DNA of 64,000 bases from Candidatus Dormiibacterota bacterium (GCA_963718525.1 OY970355.1:2656001-2720000); one strand, 5' to 3'. Positions 36,505 to 46,529 are shown, numbered from the stretch's first letter. The notes: a model not told the origin generated them from the letters alone. Program-made: numbers and translations.

Positions 36505-37853
36505 CACTTCGGGTCGTCAACCCGGCCACCGAAGAGCAGCTGGCCGAGCTGGAGCAGGCGGGGGTTCCCGACACAGACCGGGCAGTGGCTGCAGCGAAAG
36601 CGGCGTTCCCTGCGTGGCGAGCGGTCGCGCCATCTGATCGTGCGCGCCTGCTGCGCCGGCTCGCGGCGCTCGTCGAGGAACATCACGAGGAACTTGCGCT
36701 GCTCGAGACCAGGAACGTCGGCAAGCCGATCTCCGACTCGCGCGGCGAGGTCGGCATGGTCGCCGAGGTGTTCCACTACTATGCCGGCGCTGTCGACAAG
36801 CACTTCGGCCAGACCATCCCCGTTGCGGGCGGCATCGACGTGACCTTTCGCGAGCCGCTCGGTGTGGTGGGGCTGATCGTCCCCTGGAATTTCCCGCTCA
36901 ACATCGCAAGCTGGAAAGTCGGGCCTGCCCTGGCGTGCGGGAATACGGTTGTGCTCAAGCCTGCCGAGCTCACACCGATGACCGCGATCCGGCTGGCAGA
37001 ACTCGCCCTCGAAGCGGGCATCCCGGAGGGCGTGTTCGAGGTCGTGGTCGGACCCGGTCGGGTGGTCGGCGAGCGGTTGATTCACCATCCCGACGTTGCC
37101 AAGATCGGCTTCACCGGCTCCACCCAGGTTGGCATCGGCGTGATGCGAGGCGCGGCGGAAACCATCAAACGCGTCACCCTGGAGCTTGGCGGCAAGTCGG
37201 CGAATATCGTCTTCGCCGATGCGGACCTCGACCGCGCCGCAGCCGCAGCGCCGTATGCGGTGTTCGGCAACGCGGGACAGGACTGCTGCGCGCGATCGCG
37301 CATCATCGTTCAGCGCGAGGCGTATGACCGCTTTGTGTCCCTGCTCATCACAGCCACGGGTGCGCTTCGGGTCGGCGATCCCGAGGATGCGGCAACCGAG
37401 ATGGGCCCTCTCGTCTCGGCGGGTCACCGCGCGACGGTCGCGTCGTTTGTCGAGTCCGAGCCGCTGTTCAAGGGATCGACACCCGAAGGTCCGGGGTTCT
37501 GGTTTCCGTGCACGCTCATTGAGGCAACCAACAACGATCGTGTCGCGCGCGATGAGGTCTTCGGACCGGTCGCCGCGATCATTCCCTTCACGGACGAGGA
37601 CGACGCGGTTCGGATCGCCAACGACACGCCGTATGGATTGTCCGGTTCGATCTGGACAACCAACGGCGCCCGCGCCGTGCGTGTTGCCAGGGCGCTCGAA
37701 ACCGGCGTGATCTCGATCAACAGCAATTCCTCGGTGCGAGTGTCGACTCCGTTTGGAGGCTTCAAGCAGTCGGGTTTCGGGCGCGAGCTCGGCATGAACG
37801 CGCTCGATGGCTATTCCGAGGTGAAGAACGTGTTCATGTCAACGGAGGGCTGA
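36501..37853 (+). CDS. Aldehyde dehydrogenase
   Basis: PWNFP, FTGST, LELGGKS, NAGQDCCA, EVFGPV. Confidence 0.92.
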   Translation: MTLRVVNPATEEQLAELEQAGVPDTDRAVAAAKAAFPAWRAVAPSDRARLLRRLAALVEEHHEELALLETRNVGKPISDSRGEVGMVAEVFHYYAGAVDKHFGQTIPVAGGIDVTFREPLGVVGLIVPWNFPLNIASWKVGPALACGNTVVLKPAELTPMTAIRLAELALEAGIPEGVFEVVVGPGRVVGERLIHHPDVAKIGFTGSTQVGIGVMRGAAETIKRVTLELGGKSANIVFADADLDRAAAAAPYAVFGNAGQDCCARSRIIVQREAYDRFVSLLITATGALRVGDPEDAATEMGPLVSAGHRATVASFVESEPLFKGSTPEGPGFWFPCTLIEATNNDRVARDEVFGPVAAIIPFTDEDDAVRIANDTPYGLSGSIWTTNGARAVRVARALETGVISINSNSSVRVSTPFGGFKQSGFGRELGMNALDGYSEVKNVFMSTEG

Positions 37854-37858
37854 CGCTG

Positions 37859-38626
37859 ATGGGACGCCTCGACGGCAAGGTTGCGGTGATCACAGGCGCG
37901 GCAGGTGGCATCGGCCGCGAGGCGGCCCTGCGATTCTCAGACGAGGGAGCCGCCGTGGTGGTCGCCGACATCGGAACGTCCAACGGGGCACAGACCGCTG
38001 CGGAGTGCACCCGCGCGATGTTCGTCGAGGTCGACGTGAGCAATGCCGCGAGTGTCGCGGCAATGTATGCGACGGCCGTCGTGGCGTACGGCGGTGTGGA
38101 CATCCTCTACAACAACGCCGGCATCATGCCCGCCGATGACAACTCGATCCTCGTCACCGAACCCGACGCGTGGGACCGGGTTCAGGCCGTCAACGCGAAG
38201 GGCGTCTACCTCTGCTGCAAACACGGGATCCCGCATCTCCTTGAGCGCGGCGGCGGTTCGGTCATCAACGTCGCCTCGTTCGTGGCGCTGGTCGGGGCGG
38301 CAACCTCACAGATCGCGTACACGGCGTCCAAAGGTGCGGTCCTTTCGATGAGCCGCGAGCTCGCGGTTCAGTTCGCGCGACAGGGCGTTCGTGTCAACGC
38401 GTTGTGCCCGGGACCCGTGGAGACGCCACTGCTGATGCGCCTCTTCGCCGACAACCCCGACGCATATGAGCGGCGGCGCATCCACCTGCCGATGGGTCGC
38501 CTCGCCACGGCGCGAGAGATCGCCAATGCCGCGCTGTTCCTCGCCAGCGACGAATCCTCGTATGTCAACGGAGCGACGTTCCTTGTTGATGGAGGCCTCA
38601 CCGCCGCGTATGTGACGCCGGAATAG
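37859..38626 (+). CDS. SDR oxidoreductase
   Basis: TGAAGGIG, NNAG, YTASK, VDGG. Confidence 0.92.
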   Translation: MGRLDGKVAVITGAAGGIGREAALRFSDEGAAVVVADIGTSNGAQTAAECTRAMFVEVDVSNAASVAAMYATAVVAYGGVDILYNNAGIMPADDNSILVTEPDAWDRVQAVNAKGVYLCCKHGIPHLLERGGGSVINVASFVALVGAATSQIAYTASKGAVLSMSRELAVQFARQGVRVNALCPGPVETPLLMRLFADNPDAYERRRIHLPMGRLATAREIANAALFLASDESSYVNGATFLVDGGLTAAYVTPE

Positions 38627-38730
38627 GCGCGCCTGGGCCGTCGTGTAACCCATCGCCATACTCTCCCGCATCAGGTACTCATCCGGAGCGGCCGCTGCCG
38701 ATCAGACTGCCGGTGTCATGATCCCCACGC

Positions 38731-39831
38731 ATGGTTGTTCAGGCGGCGATCCGCTCGGCGTCGCTGCCCGATCGCCGCTCCCCATGGCCGGTGCCGGCAC
38801 CGGTCGCTGTCAGGGGACTCGGCACCGCGGTGCCGCCGTATCGCGTCGGCGGCGATGAGCTGCTCCGTCTGATCCCCCAGCTCTGGCCGCGGATGGAGCG
38901 TCGGGTCAGCCTCTTCGCCAACGAGCTTTCGCAGACGCAGCGCTATCTCGTGCGCCCGATCGACGAGGCGCTCATCCAGCTGAGTCCCGGCGAGCAGGCG
39001 GTCCGATATGCCGCTGAAGCCACCCCGCTGGCCCTCGCCGCTGCCCACCGAGGCATCGCTGACGCAGCGGTCGAGATCGCCGACATTGGGCTCATCGTGG
39101 TGTCATCGTGTACCGGGTTCGTGCTTCCCGGCGTGGATGTGCAGCTGATCAATCAGCTCGGCCTCCGGCGCGATATCCGGCGCATGCCGTTCATGAATTT
39201 CGGGTGCGCAGGCGGCGCGGCGGCGCTGAGCTGGGCGTCCGACTGGGCGCGGGCTCATCCCGACGAGACCGCACTTGTCGTCGCGGTGGAGGTGCCGTCG
39301 CTCACGTTCCGGCCGGCCGACACGTCTGCCGACAACCTGTTGAGCGTGCTCGTCTTCGGTGACGGTGCGGGGGCCGCCGTGCTCCATGCCGGAGCAGCCC
39401 CCGGACGCATTGGGATCGGCAGGACAGGCCATCAGCTGGTGGCCGCGAGCACCGATTCGCTCGGCTTCGAGCGGGCCGACGACGGATTCCGTGTTGTCGT
39501 CTCGCGTCACCTGCCGAGGCTGCTCGAGACTCACCTCCCAGCGATCGTTTCGAGCTTCATCGGGCGGGCAGCCGATCTTGATGCGGTCGCTCTTCACCCC
39601 GGCGGCCACGCGATCATCGACTCCGTGGCTCGCTGCCTTCGCCTGGGCGATGCGCAGGTCGCCGCCTCGCGACGAGTCATGAGCGCAGTCGGGAACACGT
39701 CGTCCGCGGCAATCCTCTTCGTCCTCGAGGATCTCGGGAGGCACCTGACCTCCCCCTCCGGCCGCGGTCTGGCCGCCGCGTTCGGCCCGGGGCTCATGAT
39801 CGAGCTCCTCGAGTTGCTCTGGGCGTCTTGA
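38731..39831 (+). CDS. Type III polyketide synthase
   Basis: Catalytic Cys (FGCAGG), His (LHPGG), Asn (GNTSSA); FGDGA and AFGPG. Confidence 0.92.
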   Translation: MVVQAAIRSASLPDRRSPWPVPAPVAVRGLGTAVPPYRVGGDELLRLIPQLWPRMERRVSLFANELSQTQRYLVRPIDEALIQLSPGEQAVRYAAEATPLALAAAHRGIADAAVEIADIGLIVVSSCTGFVLPGVDVQLINQLGLRRDIRRMPFMNFGCAGGAAALSWASDWARAHPDETALVVAVEVPSLTFRPADTSADNLLSVLVFGDGAGAAVLHAGAAPGRIGIGRTGHQLVAASTDSLGFERADDGFRVVVSRHLPRLLETHLPAIVSSFIGRAADLDAVALHPGGHAIIDSVARCLRLGDAQVAASRRVMSAVGNTSSAAILFVLEDLGRHLTSPSGRGLAAAFGPGLMIELLELLWAS

Positions 39832-40445
39832 ACCGGCGTGCGCGCACCGCCCTGGTGCTTGCCACCGGTGCGCAACGGCTGGTCGAGTTGCGCATCTCGG
39901 CACGCAATCGCGCTCGTCAGGGGCGCGCGGAGCAGGCGTCGCCTTCCACGTACCCGCTCATGGTGGCCGCACACGTGGCCCTATTCGCCATCAGCGCATG
40001 GCCGCGGGCGGGGCGCAGAGTCCCTCGATCGATTGAGGTCGTTGCTCTCGGCGGGCTCGCCGCATCAACGGCTCTCCGTCTCTGGGCCATCCGCTCGCTG
40101 GGGTCCGGCTGGAACGTCACGGCGCACGTCGCGCCTGGGGGGCACATTCAGACCGGTGGTCCGTATCGTTACGTGCGCCATCCCAACTACGTCGCCGTGG
40201 CGATGGAATTCGCGTTCCTTCCCATGGCCGTGGGCGCCTTCCCGGAGGCGGTGGCGCTCTCCGTCGCCAACGCTGCTGTTCTCATCCCTCGCATTCGCGC
40301 CGAGGAACGCCTGCTCGACGCGCTCCCCGGATATCCCGAGGCCTTTGACGGCGTGCCTCGGTTCGTGCCACGCCGGAGCCGGCGGAGCCGTCAGATCCCT
40401 GCCAGCAGCAGCCAGTCTCGGGGTGTCACGTCCCTGAATCGCTGA
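39828..40445 (+). CDS. ICMT-family methyltransferase (SrsB/BpsB-like)
   Basis: QRLVELRIS, SLGSGWN, GPYRYVRHPNY, RIRAEE. Confidence 0.88.
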   Translation: MNRRARTALVLATGAQRLVELRISARNRARQGRAEQASPSTYPLMVAAHVALFAISAWPRAGRRVPRSIEVVALGGLAASTALRLWAIRSLGSGWNVTAHVAPGGHIQTGGPYRYVRHPNYVAVAMEFAFLPMAVGAFPEAVALSVANAAVLIPRIRAEERLLDALPGYPEAFDGVPRFVPRRSRRSRQIPASSSQSRGVTSLNR

Positions 40446-41572
40446 TACCCGCAGTTGATCGCGACCAGCTTGGACAGGGCCCGCGGGTCGGTGGTCGCTC
40501 GAACGATTGCGCGGCGGCTGAGCGCCGGCGATCGGGCCAGGAAGAGCGCGAGTTGTGTCAGGCGGCGCCGTTCACGCACCAGATCGGCGTGGTCGGCCGC
40601 ATAACGGGCTGCGGCGGCTTCGGGGGAGCTGCGACCCGTGAGGAGCTCGCCGGCGTGTTCGGCAAGGCGCTCGGCGAGGAGCATCCCGATCGCGATGCCG
40701 TCGCCAGTCGTCGGATCGTCGTATCCCGAGGCGTCGCCGATGAGGAAGACGCGGCCGTCCGCAACTGATCGCACACGCTGGTGGAAGTGCGCAGCACCGA
40801 GTGGGCCTGACACCAACTCGGCGCTCCGAAGAGCCGGGATGCTTCGCCGAGCTGCGGCCGCATACGTTCGGGGGGTCATCGCCGGTCGTCTGCGATGCGT
40901 GAGGATCGACACGAGGAGCAGCGCCGGTCCCACCGGTGCTTCGTACCACTCGTGGCCGCCTGCGAGGGTCACCGTGACCGCGTCGATGTCCCGGGTATCG
41001 ACTCTCCAGTGCCCGGCGAGCCCGTAGCGCACGCGCGTGGTTGCCGGCATGTTCAGCCCCACCCAGGAGCGCATCTGCGAGTGCAGCCCGTCGGCGGCGA
41101 TCACGACTCGAGCCTTTATCTGATCCGTCGTCGTGGTCACGCCCACGACCCGATTCGACCGATCGCGCAGCAGACCCGTGACCCGTTGGGCCTCGTACAC
41201 GCTGGCACTGCGTTCCTGTCGCACAGCGTCGACCAGGATCTCGTCGAAGCTGGTGCGTCGAACCCCGAGCCCTTCAGGTGGAGCGCCGTCCGGCGGCTCC
41301 GAAAACGGCACGTGCACCCGAGGGTACCCTCCCCGGTGCTGGTACGTCACGCCGCGCAGGGGCCGTGCGCCGCTGGCAACCACGCTCTCGTACAGGCCCA
41401 GTCTGCGCAGCGTCGCCACGCCGGGCGGCATGACGCCTTCACCACACGCCTTGTCGCGCGGGAAGCGGGCGCGATCCACTAGCACCACCTCGTGCCCGCG
41501 CCTCGCGAGGAGCAGCGCGGCCGTTGCACCGCTGGGGCCGGCTCCAACGACGACGGCCTCGGTCTCGATCAC
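40391..41572 (-). CDS. FAD-dependent oxidoreductase (geranylgeranyl reductase/flavin monooxygenase-like)
   Basis: VVGAGPSG, FPRDKACGEG, AADGLHS, IGDASGYDDPTTGDGI; start uncertain. Confidence 0.85.
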   Translation of the reverse strand: MIETEAVVVGAGPSGATAALLLARRGHEVVLVDRARFPRDKACGEGVMPPGVATLRRLGLYESVVASGARPLRGVTYQHRGGYPRVHVPFSEPPDGAPPEGLGVRRTSFDEILVDAVRQERSASVYEAQRVTGLLRDRSNRVVGVTTTTDQIKARVVIAADGLHSQMRSWVGLNMPATTRVRYGLAGHWRVDTRDIDAVTVTLAGGHEWYEAPVGPALLLVSILTHRRRPAMTPRTYAAAARRSIPALRSAELVSGPLGAAHFHQRVRSVADGRVFLIGDASGYDDPTTGDGIAIGMLLAERLAEHAGELLTGRSSPEAAAARYAADHADLVRERRRLTQLALFLARSPALSRRAIVRATTDPRALSKLVAINCGYQRFRDVTPRDWLLLAGI

Positions 41573-41637
41573 GGCGGCACTGTCGCAGATAGGCTCGACG
41601 CGGAGGCGGCGCGGGGTGACCACGCCAAGGATCCGCG

Positions 41638-42888
41638 GTGGATGATGGGTCGGTGAACTTCCTGTCGGGGTTGCACGGGGCTGTCGCGTTGGCGCTGCTG
41701 CCCGCGCTCCTCTTCGCCGAGGAGGCGGGAGTTCCCCTGCCCTTCGCTCCTGGCGAGCTGACCCTGCTCGTATCAGGCCTGCTCATCGCCTCGGGAGGGC
41801 TCAATCCGTTTGCATTCATTCCTCTCGCGCTGATTGCGTGTATCGCGGGATCACTGGTGGGGTACAGCTGGGCGCACGCCGTCGGCAGCCGCGCGCTCAT
41901 GGGGCTCGCGAAGCGCCTCCGCCAGCAGCGCAACCTCGAGCGCGTCGAGGGACGGCTCCGCACCGCGAGCTGGCAGAGGATCGCCATCAGCCGGTTGATC
42001 CCCGGGCTGCGCATCTACACCACGCTGGTGTCGGGGGCTGTCGGCGCTCCGCGGCGCTCCTTCATCCTCGCGATGGTCACATCCACGCTGGTCTGGGTCG
42101 GCGTCTACGTGGCACTCGGCATCCTGATCGGCGTGCCGGTCGAGCACTTCCTGGACCAGATCCAGAAACTCGCCGTTCAGGGAGCGATCCTCATCGTGAT
42201 GGGTGTCGGCTGCTACCTCGCCGTCCGCAAGACTCCCTCGTCGTCCGGCGCAGGGCTCGTTCGGGTGCCGCGCTGGGTTCGTGTGGTGCTCGCCGCTCTG
42301 GTCGACATCGGCGTCGTCGCGAGCATCGTGACCGGGCTTCTGGCGCTCGGCCGCCTCACCGGCGTCGGGTTCGGAAGCGGATGGGTGGACGCGGTGGTCG
42401 TCGTGCTGGTGGTTGCCGCCTTCTACGTCATCGTCGCCAGGCGCAGCGCGGGCGCGACGGCCGGCGAGGTCCTGCTCCAGACCAGCTATGTCAGCGGCCA
42501 CGGCCTGCCCCTCAAGCCACGTGCGGCTCTTGATGCCGTGCGCTCGCTGGTCAGCCGGTCGAACGACGAGCTCACCGCCACCAGTGACCTCCTCCACGCG
42601 CTCGGCGATCCCGACCGGCTGCGGATCGTGACGCAGCTGCTGGATCGTCCTCAAACGCTCGACGAGCTGGCGGCGAGAACCAAGCTCTCGGCGTTCGAGA
42701 TCCGGCACCAGCTGGATCGTTTCCAGTCAACCGGCGTGCTCGTGGTGAGCGGCCAGGAGCCCGACATGACCTACGCGATCCGACCGGACCTCCGCCACGT
42801 GCTCGCACAATTGCTGACGATCATCGAGTCGATGTCGGCCGGCGCGGCGCCGCGCGGGGCAGCGGCGGAAACCGCCGCCCAGGCCTGA
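41638..42888 (+). CDS. DedA/VTT + RDD-like + ArsR-HTH fusion protein
   Basis: AEEAGVPLPFAPGE and SRLIPGLR (DedA); RW...AALVD...FY...GATAGEVLL (RDD-like); LHALGDPDRLRIVTQL...IRHQL (ArsR). Confidence 0.75.
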   Translation: MDDGSVNFLSGLHGAVALALLPALLFAEEAGVPLPFAPGELTLLVSGLLIASGGLNPFAFIPLALIACIAGSLVGYSWAHAVGSRALMGLAKRLRQQRNLERVEGRLRTASWQRIAISRLIPGLRIYTTLVSGAVGAPRRSFILAMVTSTLVWVGVYVALGILIGVPVEHFLDQIQKLAVQGAILIVMGVGCYLAVRKTPSSSGAGLVRVPRWVRVVLAALVDIGVVASIVTGLLALGRLTGVGFGSGWVDAVVVVLVVAAFYVIVARRSAGATAGEVLLQTSYVSGHGLPLKPRAALDAVRSLVSRSNDELTATSDLLHALGDPDRLRIVTQLLDRPQTLDELAARTKLSAFEIRHQLDRFQSTGVLVVSGQEPDMTYAIRPDLRHVLAQLLTIIESMSAGAAPRGAAAETAAQA

Positions 42889-42942
42889 CCCCGAGCTGGT
42901 CGTTTCGCGCAGCACGCACCTGAGGCATCCGCAGGGACGCGC

Positions 42943-43963
42943 TTACAGAGCCCCGACGACCAGCGCACACAGGGCGGCCATGGCTGCAGTTGCAGGGATG
43001 GTGAGCACCCAGGCGACAAGAATGTTCCGCGCGACGCCCCACCGCACCGCCCCGAGCCGGCGCGTCGCCCCCGCTCCCATCACGGCGCCCGAGACGACGT
43101 GTGTCGTGCTGACTGGGAGTGCCAGCTGGGTGGCGCCTTGAATCACCACCGCGGCCATGGTCTGGGCGCAGAAGCCATCGACCGGTTCGAGCCGGATAAC
43201 CTTCATGCCGAGCGTCCTGATGATCCGCCAGCCGCCGGCGTACGTCCCGAAGCCAATCGCCGACGCGGCCAGGAGCACCACCCAGAGTGGCGGTGACGGA
43301 AACAATTTGCCTCCCGCGGAGAGCACGCCCGCGCTGACCAGCGCGAGGGTGATCACTCCCATCGTCTTCTGGGCGTCGTTGGCCCCGTGCGAGAACGACA
43401 CGAATGCACCCGAAAGGATCTGCGCAACACGGAATCGGCGGTTCATCGGACTGGGGTGCGCGTGACGGAACAGGTTGAGGGTGAGCACCGTGAACAGATA
43501 CGCCAGGACAAGCCCGATGGCGGGCGATGCCACCAGCGCGATGACAACCGGAATGACCGATCCCCACTTCACCGATCCGACCCCGTAGGCGATCACCCCC
43601 ATCCCGATCAGGGCGCCGATCAGCGCGTGCGACGAGCTCGACGGCAACCCCAGCCGCCACGTGATGAGGTTCCAGGCGATCGCGCCGACCAGCGCGGCGA
43701 TGATCATGCCGAGTGCGACGCCGTGTTTCGGAGCGACCAGAACTCCCGATTGTGTTGGCGACATGCGTGTGCAAGATCTCGATGGCGAGCAGGGCACCAA
43801 GAAGGTTGAAGACAGCCGACATCGCGACGGCCACGCGCGGGCCGAGCGCACGCGTGCTGATCGACGTCGCCACTGCATTCGCGGTGTCGTGAAACCCGTT
43901 CGTGAAATCGAAGCCGAGCGCGATGACCACGGTCGCGATCAGGAGTACGTCGATGCCCGTCAC
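42943..43963 (-). pseudogene. pit: PiT inorganic phosphate transporter, frameshifted near 43741
   Basis: NGFHDTANAVAT in one frame; PSSSSHAL, HGANDAQK and PVSTTH in another; one extra base in GGGAGTTCTG. Confidence 0.8.
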
Positions 43964-44580
43964 GCGTTCTTGATGATGATGCCTTCGATTACGTTGGCCA
44001 CGTCCTCGCAGCGATCGAGCGAGTCCTCCAGAAGTGCGTAGAAGTCCTTGAGCTTGATGATCGCCACCGCATCGTGGCCACCGCCGAACAGTTCGCCAAT
44101 CGCTCGTCGCGACTCGGAATCACCGATGTTCTCGATGCGATGGACCTCGATGCCGTGCTCGCTGATGCCGGCCTTCGAGTCGAGCTTCGAGACGGCGGCC
44201 TGGATCTGCACCGCGGCTTCAACGATCAGTGCCGCCATGGATTGTGCCGCCGGCGGGATCTCGGTGATGCCGTAGAGCAGGATCGTCTCCGCGATCTCAT
44301 CGATGTAATCAAGCACGTCGTCGAGACCCGAGCTCAGCGCGTAGATATCTTCACGGTCGAACGGCGTGATGAAGGTCCGGTGTAGCGTCTGGATGATCTC
44401 GTGCGTCAGCTCATCGCCGGCGTGCTCCAGATCCTTGATCGCGGCCTGGTGTGCGGGCATTCCCTCGATCCGATCCGCAAACGCCTCGGTCAACAGTCGA
44501 GCTGCCGCCACGACGTTGCCGGCCTGGCGATCGAAGAGTTCGTAGAACCTGCGTTCACGGCGCAGCAGACTGATCGGCAT
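43960..44580 (-). CDS. DUF47 / PhoU-like phosphate transport regulator
   Basis: LEHAGD, TFITPFDREDI, LDDVLD, DRCEDVA; GTGA overlap with pit. Confidence 0.92.
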   Translation of the reverse strand: MPISLLRRERRFYELFDRQAGNVVAAARLLTEAFADRIEGMPAHQAAIKDLEHAGDELTHEIIQTLHRTFITPFDREDIYALSSGLDDVLDYIDEIAETILLYGITEIPPAAQSMAALIVEAAVQIQAAVSKLDSKAGISEHGIEVHRIENIGDSESRRAIGELFGGGHDAVAIIKLKDFYALLEDSLDRCEDVANVIEGIIIKNA

Positions 44581-44693
44581 GGACGGGCAGATCCTACCCG
44601 AAGCACTATCGAGCTCTCGCCTCGAGGCGAAGGCCCGATGGCTGCGACGGGCATGTCACCCGCGCGGCACAGAACGCCGAATCTCACGCCCGG

Positions 44694-46529
44694 TTGCGCT
44701 GGAAGCAGCGAATCTACCGTCGAGGCTCCGCCCCGAGCCAGTGGTCATGTCATTGCGGGGAGGGGATCCCGCGGGGGGTCGGTCACATCGCCAGCGAAAC
44801 CCGGACGCCCACACCGGACGAACCTCCGGCCGGCCACCAGTGGCAGCGTCGACCGGTACTGAGCCTGCTCGTCCGCGCGGCGGTTGTTGTCGTTCCTGCC
44901 GTTGGCGGGATCGCAGCTGGAACCCTCATCACACGCGTGCTGCCGCGGCCCGACGGCTTTGGATCCGCAGCCCTGTCGTTCGCCACCGTGAGCCTCGTGA
45001 TGCTGGTGACGATCATCGCGATGGAGCGCGCGGGGCGGCGTCTCCTGCCCCTTGCGGCGTTGCTCAACCTGTCGCTGCTCTTCCCCGATCGCGCACCGAA
45101 GCGCTTCGCGGTGGCTCGTCGGGTCGGCAAGCCGCGCGATCTCCAGCGCCAGCTGCATGAAGCGCACGCCAGGGGCAACACCGGCGGAGAGGTCGCGCAC
45201 ATGCAGACCGTGCTGGAACTCGTTGCGGCGCTCAGCGTGCACGATCGCCAGACCCGCGGACATTCGGAACGAGTCCGCGTGTTTGCGGACCTGATCGCCG
45301 ACGAGATGAAGCTTGCGCCTGCTGATCGAGCGCGCCTGCGGTGGGCGTCGCTGTTGCACGACATCGGCAAGCTCATGGTGCCGGCGAAGATCCTTTCCAA
45401 GCCGGCAAAGCTGAACGAGTCCGAGATGGACACGATTCGACGCCATCCCGATGAGGGCGCTCGTCTCATCGGCCCTCCCCTGATTGCGTGGCTCGGGGAG
45501 TGGGCGGGCGCCGTCCCGCATCACCACGAGCGTTTCGACGGTCGGGGGTATCCACGCGGGCTCGCGGGGAATGAGATCTCGCTGGCCGGCCGCATCGTCG
45601 CGGTGGCTGACTCCTATGAGGTCATGACCGCGGTTCGTCCGTACCGCAAGCCGATCGGCGTTTCAGCTGCTCGTCAGGAACTCGTCAAGTGCTCGGGGGC
45701 GCAGTTCGATCCGCTTGTCGTGCGTGCCTTCCTCAACATCTCCATGGGACGGCTCTGGCGTGTTGTCGGGCTCGGGTCGTGGATTGCCCAGCTGCCGGTG
45801 ATCGGCTGGATCGACAGGCTTGGATGGAACTGGGGTGCAGCGGTCATGTCCGGGACGACGGCGATCGGCCTGACCGTGCCCGCGGCGCTCCCCAGGATGA
45901 CGCCGTTTGCCCTGCCCACGTCGGGCATTTCGACCGTCTCGACCGGCGCTCCCCCCGGTCACAGTCACATCGGATCAGATCCCGCCGTGCCGGCGGCATC
46001 GATCGGCGCCGCGCCGTCAGGACCGTCCAAGACCAGCGGATCTCCCTCGGGATCCACCGGGCCAACCGGCTCGACGGGGCCGACCGGCAGCATACCGAGC
46101 TCCAACCCCGTCCCCACCCCTGGGACGCAACCCTCTCCGTCGCGCAGTCCGGGGTCGACGCCGAGCGGCAGTCCCTCGTCGCCGACGCCGGCACCGACCG
46201 GCGGTCCCACGCCGACGCCCGCCCCCACCCCGACGCCGCAACCGGATCAACCGCCCGTGGTGACCATCAATGCCGGCGGGCTCGCCGTGCTCGGTGGCTT
46301 CAGCGGCTCAGGCAGTTTCACGGACCCCGACCCGGGCGCTGACTCCTTCACTGCGACGGTGAGTTATGACATTGGCGGCCCAACAGTGCCGCTCGCCATC
46401 ACCAATCAGACGTTCACGCTCTCACACAGGTACGGTGGGCTCCTCGGGAACCACACCGTCACGGTCACCGTGACCGACAGCGAAGGGATGTCCGGTAGCG
46501 CCACGGTAACCGTCAACGTGCTTCTCTGA
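44694..46529 (+). CDS. Membrane HD-GYP phosphodiesterase with Pro/Ser/Thr stalk and C-terminal PKD/Ig-like domain (start uncertain)
   Basis: TRGHSERV, LLHDIGK, HHERFDGRGYP, RPYRK; N-terminal TMs; PT repeats; TVTVTVTDSEG. Confidence 0.85.
   Translation: MRWKQRIYRRGSAPSQWSCHCGEGIPRGVGHIASETRTPTPDEPPAGHQWQRRPVLSLLVRAAVVVVPAVGGIAAGTLITRVLPRPDGFGSAALSFATVSLVMLVTIIAMERAGRRLLPLAALLNLSLLFPDRAPKRFAVARRVGKPRDLQRQLHEAHARGNTGGEVAHMQTVLELVAALSVHDRQTRGHSERVRVFADLIADEMKLAPADRARLRWASLLHDIGKLMVPAKILSKPAKLNESEMDTIRRHPDEGARLIGPPLIAWLGEWAGAVPHHHERFDGRGYPRGLAGNEISLAGRIVAVADSYEVMTAVRPYRKPIGVSAARQELVKCSGAQFDPLVVRAFLNISMGRLWRVVGLGSWIAQLPVIGWIDRLGWNWGAAVMSGTTAIGLTVPAALPRMTPFALPTSGISTVSTGAPPGHSHIGSDPAVPAASIGAAPSGPSKTSGSPSGSTGPTGSTGPTGSIPSSNPVPTPGTQPSPSRSPGSTPSGSPSSPTPAPTGGPTPTPAPTPTPQPDQPPVVTINAGGLAVLGGFSGSGSFTDPDPGADSFTATVSYDIGGPTVPLAITNQTFTLSHRYGGLLGNHTVTVTVTDSEGMSGSATVTVNVLL

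Noticed and set aside
43735-43750. Programmed ribosomal frameshift in pit
   Set aside because: No slippery heptamer or obvious stimulatory structure.
46040-46240. Short repeats resembling an array
   Set aside because: Coding low-complexity Pro/Thr/Gly linker of the HD-GYP protein; not CRISPR.
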